NCBI GenBank assembly: GCA_965372795.1
Contig: CBDVDR010000005.1
Location: 32,001 to 96,000, forward strand
DNA from: an uncultured bacterium
GTDB lineage: Bacteria; Zixibacteria; MSB-5A5; GN15; FEB-12
DNA length: 64,000 bases
Reading direction: 5' to 3'
Position numbers and translations under genes: made by a program. The notes beneath the pieces are model-generated. The model made no database searches, was not told the origin of the DNA, and worked only from the letters and a program-made list of their open reading frames with translations. Shown piece by piece: positions 41,452 to 49,766 of this stretch; the first letter of the stretch is position 1, and each line of letters begins with the position of its first letter.

Positions 41452-42207
41452 ATGAGTAAAATTGTTTTATGTGATGATTGTGATCCCCAAAAAGTATCTG
41501 AACTCTGTAAGAAATATAATATGGGGATGGAAATACAATCATTTTATGATCCGGCATATATAGAAAAAAATCCTGATGCCATAGAAGAGCATATCAATTT
41601 TATCAAAGATATCCCTGTTAGATATTTTCACGCCCCCTTTGCTGATTTATGCTCTGGTAGTATAGACCCGCTTGTGCGTGAAACAGCTCTTATACGGTAT
41701 AAGCTTGCACTCGAAATTACGACAAAACTAAATATCACCAATATCATTTATCATATTGGCAATGTACCAAACACAGGCAGTGTTATTAACTGGATAAATA
41801 GAAGCTCAAAATTATGGAATAATTTTATTGAAACGGTTCCTGATACTTTCAATTTTTACTTTGAAAATCTTTTTGAGAAAGACCCGCAAATTGTTAAAGA
41901 CTTCATAGAAAGCATAGATAGCTCGCGAATGAAAGTTTGCCTTGATATCGGTCATGTTCATTGTTATGCAAAATCGGACATTGTTAGTTGGATTAAAGAA
42001 TTGGGCAGTCATATCGGATATATTCATGTTCATGATAATAATAGCGAAAAAGATGATCATTTAGGAATAAGCAAAGGAACCATTCCTTTCAATGAAGTTT
42101 TTCAGGCTTTAAATGAATATGCATCCGAATCTGTATGGGCTTTGGAAGTAAACCTGGACAGTATGGAAAGTTCAATCGATTGGCTGAAAGAACATAGTTT
42201 TATTTGA
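41452..42207 (+). CDS. Sugar phosphate isomerase/epimerase (xylose isomerase-like TIM barrel)
   Basis: HAPF, FEN, CLDIGH, HVHDN...DDH, ALE. Confidence 0.85.
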   Translation: MSKIVLCDDCDPQKVSELCKKYNMGMEIQSFYDPAYIEKNPDAIEEHINFIKDIPVRYFHAPFADLCSGSIDPLVRETALIRYKLALEITTKLNITNIIYHIGNVPNTGSVINWINRSSKLWNNFIETVPDTFNFYFENLFEKDPQIVKDFIESIDSSRMKVCLDIGHVHCYAKSDIVSWIKELGSHIGYIHVHDNNSEKDDHLGISKGTIPFNEVFQALNEYASESVWALEVNLDSMESSIDWLKEHSFI

Positions 42208-42526
42208 ATGTGAAGAAAATTCAAAACGATTACATCATTGCAAATCTTAGCTCTTTTCGGACAATTCTTCTTTAGGCAATGTTACAATCAGACCTTAAAC
42301 TATCTCATAATAGTACAAAATACTTGAAAATTATTAACTTCAACCTTGACGTTTACAAAGATATTATATATTTTCAATTACATTGAGTTGGGTATAACTC
42401 TTTATAAAGTATAGAGTTTTCATCCTAATTATTTTACAACAAACGTATTTGATTGTCGTATAAAGAGTAACGAATAAAGAGTTAAATTTTGACGGTTATG
42501 CCGTCAATTAAATTATATTGGAGTTT

Positions 42527-43399
42527 ATGATGGAACTCGACCTTCAGGGAAATATAGAACAATTCACATTACCGGAAATTTTTCAATTAGTTGCTTCGGG
42601 ACGTAAATCCGGAACTTTGGGTATTCAGCAAGAAGATACCATTGTTATGATTTATTTCCAGGAAGGTGAGATTATTTACGGGTATGGTCCTCGTGAGACA
42701 TTTCATATTGGCAGTTTACTTAAGGATAAAGGAATCATTTCCAGCGAGCAGCTTGATGAGGCGGTTCGTCAACAAGCCAAAACAGAAAACACAAAGCGCC
42801 TTGGTGAAATTCTTATATCCAAAAATTATATTGATAAGACCGATCTAAATAATGTTGTCACCAATCAGATTGAAGAACTTCTATATTCTCTTCTGACCTG
42901 GAAATCGGGCACCTTTAAGTTTTATGAAAACCAATTCCCCACTGATGAAGAAATTACTGTTAAAGTATCGGTTGAAAATGTTATTCTTGAGGGACTTCGC
43001 CGAACCGATGAAATGAATATGGTCAAAATGACATTACCGGACATTAATAAAGTGTACACCATCTCTGCCACTCAGGGAGACCGACCCCGGGATTTATCTA
43101 TGAAAGCTGATGAGTGGAATATTATGGCATTAGTTGACGGCCATAAAAATATTGATGAGATTTGTCAGATGAGTCATTTGTCTCGCGAGAAAACTTTGGT
43201 AAAACTGGCTCAACTCAAACTTGCCGGTTTAATCACTCCTTATGATCGTCCAAAATCTTCCGGATCATCAGGTGCTCCTGATCTTGAAAATATGATCAAT
43301 CATCTGGCTGGATTATTCGAAGACTACTTGACGGCTAAATCAGAATCCCGCCTTGACCATAGACAGACGACCAACACTTTTGTGGAGAATCTCGATTGA
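42527..43399 (+). CDS. DUF4388 (PATAN) protein with internal MshEN-like motifs and C-terminal winged helix
   Basis: LQGNIEQFTLPEIFQLV..KSGTL; IGSLL..G...EQLDEA..Q...RLGEILI; W.SGTFKF; ILEGLRRTDE. Confidence 0.82.
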   Translation: MMELDLQGNIEQFTLPEIFQLVASGRKSGTLGIQQEDTIVMIYFQEGEIIYGYGPRETFHIGSLLKDKGIISSEQLDEAVRQQAKTENTKRLGEILISKNYIDKTDLNNVVTNQIEELLYSLLTWKSGTFKFYENQFPTDEEITVKVSVENVILEGLRRTDEMNMVKMTLPDINKVYTISATQGDRPRDLSMKADEWNIMALVDGHKNIDEICQMSHLSREKTLVKLAQLKLAGLITPYDRPKSSGSSGAPDLENMINHLAGLFEDYLTAKSESRLDHRQTTNTFVENLD

Positions 43400-44058
43400 C
43401 CGATTATTTTACATTAAAATCCCTTGAAGGATTGCTTGAGGCATTTCTTGCCGGAGTGGTTCATGTTAAACAGAACAGGTTAAAAGTTATAGAGGGAATT
43501 AACCGCCTTGATGATATAGCTCGCTTTACGGATGAAAAGGGTTCAATTGATGATGCAATTGGTGATTGGTTTGCAGATCATTCCCAATGGCTGAATAAGC
43601 AGGATTTGAAGGAAAATGATATTTCACGTATAGGTGGACTTTTAGAAAATATCAGAGGTCATCTTGATCAGAATAAATTAAGTTCTCCTTCCCGCCGGAA
43701 AATCAGTTCAGAAATTGACCGGTGGAGTTCGATGGTAAGTAAAACTCCTAGAAAAGTAGTTTTAAAACGACCTCCAGAACTTAAAACATCAACCGAACAC
43801 GATACTATTGCGATGTATGCCAATCACTTAGATGACATGACCGCTCTTTTCAAGGATAAGGTTGAAGGAAAGAAACATATTCTTTCAATATTGGATGATG
43901 CCTTAAAATCGGCTGTTGACCAAAAGAATAAACAAGCCTTGCTTTTATCGGGGTATATCATATATTATCTCAAACTTGACGGGTACCTTGTCGAGCCTTA
44001 CGTAAAAAGGCTCAAACAAGCCGAACAGTTGCAAAAAGGAGACATGACAAATGCTTAA
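43396..44058 (+). CDS. Hypothetical helical protein
   Basis: 220-aa ORF overlapping both neighbours; no motif recognised. Confidence 0.6.
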   Translation: MTDYFTLKSLEGLLEAFLAGVVHVKQNRLKVIEGINRLDDIARFTDEKGSIDDAIGDWFADHSQWLNKQDLKENDISRIGGLLENIRGHLDQNKLSSPSRRKISSEIDRWSSMVSKTPRKVVLKRPPELKTSTEHDTIAMYANHLDDMTALFKDKVEGKKHILSILDDALKSAVDQKNKQALLLSGYIIYYLKLDGYLVEPYVKRLKQAEQLQKGDMTNA

Positions 44059-44299
44059 TCATTTTGAGAAAGCATATTGCCAGGCAATTATTGCACTCAA
44101 GGAGAAAAAATACCGTCAGGCAGCCAGTTGCTTTGAAAATGCGGCACCTTATTATTCCGATAACAAAGAATTTACTTTGTTGATGGAAACAAATAAGATG
44201 CTTTTGGTTGTTAAAGAGAAACTGGCCGAAGAAGAAAATGAAGAGATAATTATAAAGGAGGCGTTCGCGCATGGCAAAGAAACAGAGCTTCTCGGATAA
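44051..44299 (+). CDS. Small hypothetical protein with a single TPR-like hairpin
   Basis: SD AAGGAG; AY.QAI.AL..KKYRQAA..FE.A. Confidence 0.55.
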   Translation: MLNHFEKAYCQAIIALKEKKYRQAASCFENAAPYYSDNKEFTLLMETNKMLLVVKEKLAEEENEEIIIKEAFAHGKETELLG

Positions 44300-44459
44300 A
44301 TCATCCAAAAAGTCTCATTCTATGAGTTGCCCGGTTTGTCAGGAAGGTTTTCAGTTTATCAAATTTGTGAAGTCTGTCAAGACTGACGTTGGTGCTTGGA
44401 AATTCCGCTCACAAAATATCGGTGTCTGCAAATGTAACCATAAAGAAGTTTACGGCTAA
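44271..44459 (+). CDS. Small basic Cys-containing protein, DUF4295/bL38-like
   Basis: Strong SD AAGGAGG; MAKK...IKFVKSVKT..GAWKF pattern; CPVC and CKC. Confidence 0.6.
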   Translation: MAKKQSFSDKSSKKSHSMSCPVCQEGFQFIKFVKSVKTDVGAWKFRSQNIGVCKCNHKEVYG

Positions 44460-44505
44460 GCGATTTAATCGCTTTATTATACCTACACAGGTTACAACAA
44501 AATTT

Positions 44506-44536
44506 AAAAAGCTCTTCCATCCGGGAGAGTTTTTTT
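44506..44536 (+). terminator. Rho-independent terminator between convergent genes
   Basis: AAAAAGCTCTTCC-ATCC-GGGAGAGTTTTTTT. Confidence 0.75.
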
Positions 44537-44577
44537 GTTTGGGGGTATCTATTAATAATTATAATTGATTTGTTAAA

Positions 44578-46632
44578 TTACTTATCCAATTGGTCTTTTG
44601 GATCTATTGGTTTTCCAGCTTTAATTAAGTCGTGTAGCTTCTGAACTCTTGATTCATTGGGACTCTTAATCTCATGAAAAATCTTTATTGCCTCTTCAAA
44701 ATTCCGTATTGATTGTTCAATGTTTTTAGCTCCATAAAAAGCCTTACCCATTTGCCAAAGTGTTAATCCTTTCTCTGAGGGAATTTCTATTTCGCTGTAA
44801 TAAGTAAGTGCCTCTTCATATTTTAAAATTGCCTGATCCCATCTTTCGTAAGCTCTGTCAACATTACCTAATCCCACCAAACAGTCTACTTCTCCATATC
44901 TATTTTTAATTTTTCGAAAAGTTATTTTAGCCTTTTCAAATAACTTTTCAGCAGAATTAAATTTGTTTTGCACTCGTTGAATATTGCCTTGTGAATAAAG
45001 AGTATTTACTTCACCAAATTCATCTCCAATTTTTTGATAGATCGATTTAGCCTTTTCATAATAATCTCTTGCAGAAACATATTGACGCTTCTGAAATTCT
45101 ATACCACCTTGCGAAAAAAGAACATTTGCGACTCCCTGTTTATCTCCAATTTTTTCGTAGATAGATTTTGCCTGCTTATAAAATTCTTCTGCAGAATCAA
45201 ATTGATATAGATAAAAATCAATATCGCCTTGCGATTTAAGAGTATTTGCTTCACCATGTTTACTTCCAATTTCTTGATAGATTGATTCCGCCCTTTTATA
45301 ATATTCTTTTGATAATTCATATTGATCCTTCTGTAACTCTATGCCGCCTTTTGAAAAAAGAACATTTGCAACACCCTGTTTATCTCCGATTTTTATGTAG
45401 ATAGATTCAGCCTGTTCATAAAATTCTTTTGCAGAATCATATTGATCCAGATAAAATTCTATATCACCTTGTGAGCGGAGCGTATTTGCTTTTCCCAGTT
45501 TACTTCCAATTTCTATGTAGATAGATTCAGCCTGTTCATAAAATTCTTTTGCAGAATGATATTGATCTTTTCGAAGTTCAATATCGCCAAGTGAACAGAG
45601 TGTAGTTGCTTCTCCGAGTTTATCGCCAATTTCTCGGTAGATTGTTTCGGCATGTATAAAATATTCTTTTGCTGTGTCGAATTGTTCCTCGTGCAGTTCT
45701 AAATCGCCCTGTGAAAGAAGTGTGTTCGCTTGACCAAGTTTATTCCCAATTTCCCAATATATTATTTTACTCTGTTCGTAATATTCTTTTGCTGAGTCAT
45801 ATTGGTTCTTCCTATGCTCAATATCGCCTTGTAATTTTATAGTATTTGCTACTCCGAGTTTATTTCCAATTTTATGGTAGATAGTTTCAGACTTTTTATA
45901 ATATATTTTTGCCTTATCATAATTTGATAATCTGTTTAGGGCCTGACCATGCGAAAAATTCAGATTCCCCCAAAACAAATCATCATCAATCTTTATTTCT
46001 CTTATTAAATGAATTTTGTCTAAAGCATTGTTCAATTGATATTTGTATAAATCAACTTGTATCTCCCAAAAAAGACAATAAGCTAAAGCTTTTTTTGAAA
46101 CAAGGGCAGCGAAACTTTGCTCATATATATTTCTTATAAGAGCTTCTATTTTATCATAAGCATAAAATGGAGGATTTAACCAATTTATACATGTATTATA
46201 AAATATATCTTCTCCTTTTTCAGCATCTGCGACCAAAAGATTTCGTATATATTCAATCATCCATCCGGTATCATCAAGGTTTTGATCTTTCCCGTAATTT
46301 GCTGCATTGAAACTTAGTATTTTGTAAGTTTTAGGATCGTTCTCCCACAAATGTTTTTGAAGTATTTTCCGGCTTCGTTCGTGAATGTTAAATCCTTTTC
46401 CTTCAAAAGGTTCAACATAGCTTAACGAAATCAAATCATCGAAACCTTTTATCGATGACTTATCTAGAGTTGCACTCAGATATTTTTCATCAAACCAAGT
46501 TAGAATTGAAGCTGCCCTGACTGCGTCACGAATTTCAGAATTGAGGTTTTCAAGGCTGAACTCCATAACCAGCCATTCCCGCTCTTCATCATTTTTGGCA
46601 TTTTCAAGTTTTGCCAGAAAATCTTCAATCAT
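44578..46632 (-). CDS. Winged-helix plus 40-aa TPR repeat protein (C-terminal half of a split STAND/NLR-like receptor)
   Basis: N-terminal AVRAASILTWFD..L..LSYVE..FNIHERSR (STAND WHD/MHD-like); about 11 TPR units of type G.ANTL.SQGDIE....QY.SAKEYY.QA.SIY..IG.K. Confidence 0.85.
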   Translation of the reverse strand: MIEDFLAKLENAKNDEEREWLVMEFSLENLNSEIRDAVRAASILTWFDEKYLSATLDKSSIKGFDDLISLSYVEPFEGKGFNIHERSRKILQKHLWENDPKTYKILSFNAANYGKDQNLDDTGWMIEYIRNLLVADAEKGEDIFYNTCINWLNPPFYAYDKIEALIRNIYEQSFAALVSKKALAYCLFWEIQVDLYKYQLNNALDKIHLIREIKIDDDLFWGNLNFSHGQALNRLSNYDKAKIYYKKSETIYHKIGNKLGVANTIKLQGDIEHRKNQYDSAKEYYEQSKIIYWEIGNKLGQANTLLSQGDLELHEEQFDTAKEYFIHAETIYREIGDKLGEATTLCSLGDIELRKDQYHSAKEFYEQAESIYIEIGSKLGKANTLRSQGDIEFYLDQYDSAKEFYEQAESIYIKIGDKQGVANVLFSKGGIELQKDQYELSKEYYKRAESIYQEIGSKHGEANTLKSQGDIDFYLYQFDSAEEFYKQAKSIYEKIGDKQGVANVLFSQGGIEFQKRQYVSARDYYEKAKSIYQKIGDEFGEVNTLYSQGNIQRVQNKFNSAEKLFEKAKITFRKIKNRYGEVDCLVGLGNVDRAYERWDQAILKYEEALTYYSEIEIPSEKGLTLWQMGKAFYGAKNIEQSIRNFEEAIKIFHEIKSPNESRVQKLHDLIKAGKPIDPKDQLDK
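44860..45900 (-). repeat. Intragenic tandem 120-nt repeats encoding TPR units
   Basis: Identical 44-nt block TATGTAGATAGATTCAGCCTGTTCATAAAATTCTTTTGCAGAAT at 45394-45437 and 45514-45557; near-identical blocks 240 nt apart at about 45113 and 45353. Confidence 0.9.
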
Positions 46633-47423
46633 TATTTATCTGTCTTTAATGGTAAATTCATAATTACTTTCATAATTGCTTCTGGTCGACCCTTGAAAGC
46701 ATGACATACACCTGCAAGCCAGTTCAGTGGATTCTCCACCTCAATATGACGATTTAATTCTTCAACAACAGGCATCCAATCTTTAGCATCAGGGATTCCC
46801 AATAAAGGATAATGATTACAACAATCACCCCACCCAATATTTTTTATATCTGGTATACATTGACCGGCTACAAGAACTCTCATTTGAGGAGTATCTGAGA
46901 CATGTCCTAAAAATGAATCATCCAACCAACTTTTAAACACACTTGTTGCTTTTTCAAAAGTATCTATAATTATCAGCAGGTTATTATCAAAATTTTTAAT
47001 ATCCTGAAACCATGCGTTTGTTAATATCGATTGACGTATTCTTTTATCTTCTTCCTTTTCAGCTCTTAAGGCAATTTCAATACTGCTTCTATCACCTTTT
47101 AATTTGACGTCTTTAATATTAAGATTTATAGTCGTATGTTCAGAATATGTTGAAACCTCATGTTGGAATTCAGGCAATAGTTCCCAGCCCAGTTTATTTA
47201 CTGATCTATAAAAAATATCTGTAACAGAGATTGTTCCGGATTTGCAATCAAAGCCAATATGAATAAGGTCATCTGGGATCCTATTCTTACAGTCAAAAAG
47301 CAGTTTAGTTTTCCCACTACCACTTTCACCTTCAAAAAATAAAATAGGCTTGTCACAATCGGAACAACATAACTCATCAAAAGCGGAACGTTCATCTACA
47401 TAATCTGCGAAAACAGTTGACAT
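46632..47423 (-). CDS. Stand-alone STAND-type P-loop NTPase (AAA_16/NB-ARC-like)
   Basis: Walker A GESGSGKT, Walker B LLIIIDTFE, sensor strand RVLVAGQ, terminal GxP (KGRP); TAATG overlap with the TPR gene. Confidence 0.85.
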   Translation of the reverse strand: MSTVFADYVDERSAFDELCCSDCDKPILFFEGESGSGKTKLLFDCKNRIPDDLIHIGFDCKSGTISVTDIFYRSVNKLGWELLPEFQHEVSTYSEHTTINLNIKDVKLKGDRSSIEIALRAEKEEDKRIRQSILTNAWFQDIKNFDNNLLIIIDTFEKATSVFKSWLDDSFLGHVSDTPQMRVLVAGQCIPDIKNIGWGDCCNHYPLLGIPDAKDWMPVVEELNRHIEVENPLNWLAGVCHAFKGRPEAIMKVIMNLPLKTDK

Positions 47424-47431
47424 ATTGTTTA

Positions 47432-47749
47432 TTAGTCCTCTTTAGGTCCGATATCAATCTTACTACCTTTACCAATAATTTGAATTTTCTTTGCCTCTAA
47501 ATCATCACCCTTAATTTTAATCTCACTTTCGTCACCATCGATCTTAACATCTTCAATGTCTGCTTTTGTTTCTCCTGTTTGACCGGTGTCTTTCATCTCA
47601 ACCCCGGCCTCTATGCCATCATTGTTAAATTTAAGAAATAATTTCTTTATTTTTTTGCGATTTGGATAAATTACAACAAAAAATAACACCAAGACTACAA
47701 AAGAAATTAAAATAACTAATTGGGTTGTATCCATATCGAAAATCCCCAC
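47432..47749 (-). CDS. Small single-TM protein with C-terminal 21-aa-period beta pseudo-repeats
   Basis: TM LVILISFVVLVLFFVVIY, basic stop-transfer segment, repeats ADIEDVKIDGDESEIKIKG and LEAKKIQIIGKGSKIDIG; likely start ATG 47734 after GGGGA; 8 nt from the NTPase start. Confidence 0.75.
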   Translation of the reverse strand: MGIFDMDTTQLVILISFVVLVLFFVVIYPNRKKIKKLFLKFNNDGIEAGVEMKDTGQTGETKADIEDVKIDGDESEIKIKGDDLEAKKIQIIGKGSKIDIGPKED

Positions 47750-47897
47750 ATGTATAATTAGAAAGTCTTATAACTATTTTTTAATTCTTATTATCCTAAT
47801 ATCTGCCTGCTATAGAGATATATCTCTAATATCATTATATAATATTAAATAGTGAACCAATTATCAATAGATTTTTTCTAGTATTTTGTATTGTCCC

Positions 47898-48797
47898 CTA
47901 AGCGTGGGATGTGAGCGGGAAAAGGTATTCAGTATCTTCAAGGGGGAAATCACTCAACAGGTGGGTGCCGTTATCGGTTACCGGAATTAAGTTATCTGCG
48001 ACTGAAACTGAATTGAATTCTTCTAACTTTAATTTGTCCGGCATAAATAAAAACTCGACCGCCTTATCACTCTCATTACAGAGGTATGGATACAGTTCCG
48101 AAAATATCGGAATCTTTTTAGCAACAATATCATAAACGGTAACCGTTCCCTTGTCCCGTTTGAATGATACGATTGTATCAAGCTCTTTGATGTAGTAAAG
48201 ATTATCATTCAAAACATATAAACACCAAAACATAAACAGACGCGGATTGTAAACACCTAACAGGTCAGAGACTGATTCTCTTTCATTGGCATATTTGTAA
48301 ATAAAATCAAGGTCGGCTTTATTGCTGATCTCCAACTTTTTCAAATCTCGTTTGGGAGTTCCCCCGTCAATTTTAATATTTGTTTTATACTCTTCTACTT
48401 TCCTAAAACCGCGATTTTTATAATATTCCTGGGCATCTTCATCAGCAAAAAGGAAAAAGAAATCATGGTTCGGTTTTGCCCAATCCATTGCTTTTTGAGT
48501 AAGTTCAAGATTCAACCCCTGTTTGCGATAATCAGGATGCGTCCCTACCCCGGAAATTTGAGCCACCAATTTACGCTGGCCATTTACAACCATATCCATA
48601 GAATAGACGCAAACATTTGACACTAACATATCTTTGTTAAAGTATGAGAAGGGTCGATAATTATTATCCCAGTAGCCGGCTTTATCCCAAAGAGTAAGAT
48701 CAAGGTTGTGGATAAAATTAAGATGTTTGATGAATTTATCTTTTGACTCTAAATCGTTCCAGTAATTTTCTTTATAAATCAAATCCATAAAAAACAA
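47898..48797 (-). CDS. GNAT family N-acetyltransferase
   Basis: QISGVGTHPDYRKQGL, YYKNRGF. Confidence 0.88.
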   Translation of the reverse strand: MFFMDLIYKENYWNDLESKDKFIKHLNFIHNLDLTLWDKAGYWDNNYRPFSYFNKDMLVSNVCVYSMDMVVNGQRKLVAQISGVGTHPDYRKQGLNLELTQKAMDWAKPNHDFFFLFADEDAQEYYKNRGFRKVEEYKTNIKIDGGTPKRDLKKLEISNKADLDFIYKYANERESVSDLLGVYNPRLFMFWCLYVLNDNLYYIKELDTIVSFKRDKGTVTVYDIVAKKIPIFSELYPYLCNESDKAVEFLFMPDKLKLEEFNSVSVADNLIPVTDNGTHLLSDFPLEDTEYLFPLTSHA

Positions 48798-48821
48798 TAC
48801 CTTTGTATAATCGTAGAGAAT

Positions 48822-49697
48822 TTATTCGCGCCACAAAGGTCTTGTCAGACAGGTAGGACCGCCGGCACCTTTGGCGGATATTTCATTTCCCTTATAGGTC
48901 AGCACCTCGGCACCAGCCTTTTCAAGGCGTTTCTTTGTAACCGGATTACCCTCAATAGCAATACATTTACGAGGAGCAATCGCCAGGACATTGCAACCCA
49001 TCGAATCAAATTCTTCTTCAGGGACTTCCACCAGTTCTATCCCCCGTTCAAGCAGCCAATTTCTGAAGGGAACCGGCATGATTTTAGAATAAACCAGGGC
49101 AAGGTTTGAATCTATCGGACTGATAAATGACATGAGATGCATGACATCATTAACACCCGTCCAATGCGGAAGCGGCACAACAACAAACTCATCAACTAAG
49201 TCAATCGTTAATTCTCTAAGCTGATCAATGCCAGCTTTATTGGTTCGATAGCCATGCCCAACAACCAAGGTTCGCTCATCAAGCCAGACAATATCGCCAC
49301 CCTCCATTGAACCATCCTCGCAAATCTTCCCTAAAACCGGTACTCCGATTTTTTCAAGATACGCTCCGACCAGAGCCGGTTCGTTTTTTCGATCTTCTTT
49401 TCCCATATTAGCCAAAATCGCACCGTTTTTTGTAATTATAGAAGTATCACGCACGTAGATAGAATCTATTCCAGCTTCAACCGATGATGGCAAATACTCA
49501 AAGTTATCAATCTCAGATTTTAATAATTCCTCAAATTGTTCATACTCATCGAGGGCTTCATTAAAATCAGGGCAATCAAGATAGTTAAATTTTTTCCAGT
49601 ATTCGTCAAGTTTTGATTGGGCGATAAAAGCATCTTTGGGATGACTTAAAAGAATTCTTCTGATATTCGAGATTTCAGACTGACTGCCATGAGACAT
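48822..49697 (-). CDS. Amidinotransferase/dimethylarginine dimethylaminohydrolase family protein
   Basis: YVRD, EGGD, RTN..G, MHL, GGPTCLT (pentein catalytic Cys). Confidence 0.88.
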   Translation of the reverse strand: MSHGSQSEISNIRRILLSHPKDAFIAQSKLDEYWKKFNYLDCPDFNEALDEYEQFEELLKSEIDNFEYLPSSVEAGIDSIYVRDTSIITKNGAILANMGKEDRKNEPALVGAYLEKIGVPVLGKICEDGSMEGGDIVWLDERTLVVGHGYRTNKAGIDQLRELTIDLVDEFVVVPLPHWTGVNDVMHLMSFISPIDSNLALVYSKIMPVPFRNWLLERGIELVEVPEEEFDSMGCNVLAIAPRKCIAIEGNPVTKKRLEKAGAEVLTYKGNEISAKGAGGPTCLTRPLWRE

Positions 49698-49766
49698 ACT
49701 TACTCCTTTAAAAAACAGGGAAAACCAGTAAGTTATTAAAATTATTGAATTAATAGCCCTTTATAT

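Noticed and set aside
44860..45900. Periodic repeats considered as a CRISPR array or DGR template/variable repeat pair
   Set aside because: The 120-nt period is in frame within a TPR gene, there are no unique spacers, and no cas or reverse transcriptase gene is in the window
44540..47890. Cassette as an integrative mobile element
   Set aside because: No integrase, transposase or flanking direct repeats seen; it looks accessory but mobility is unsupported
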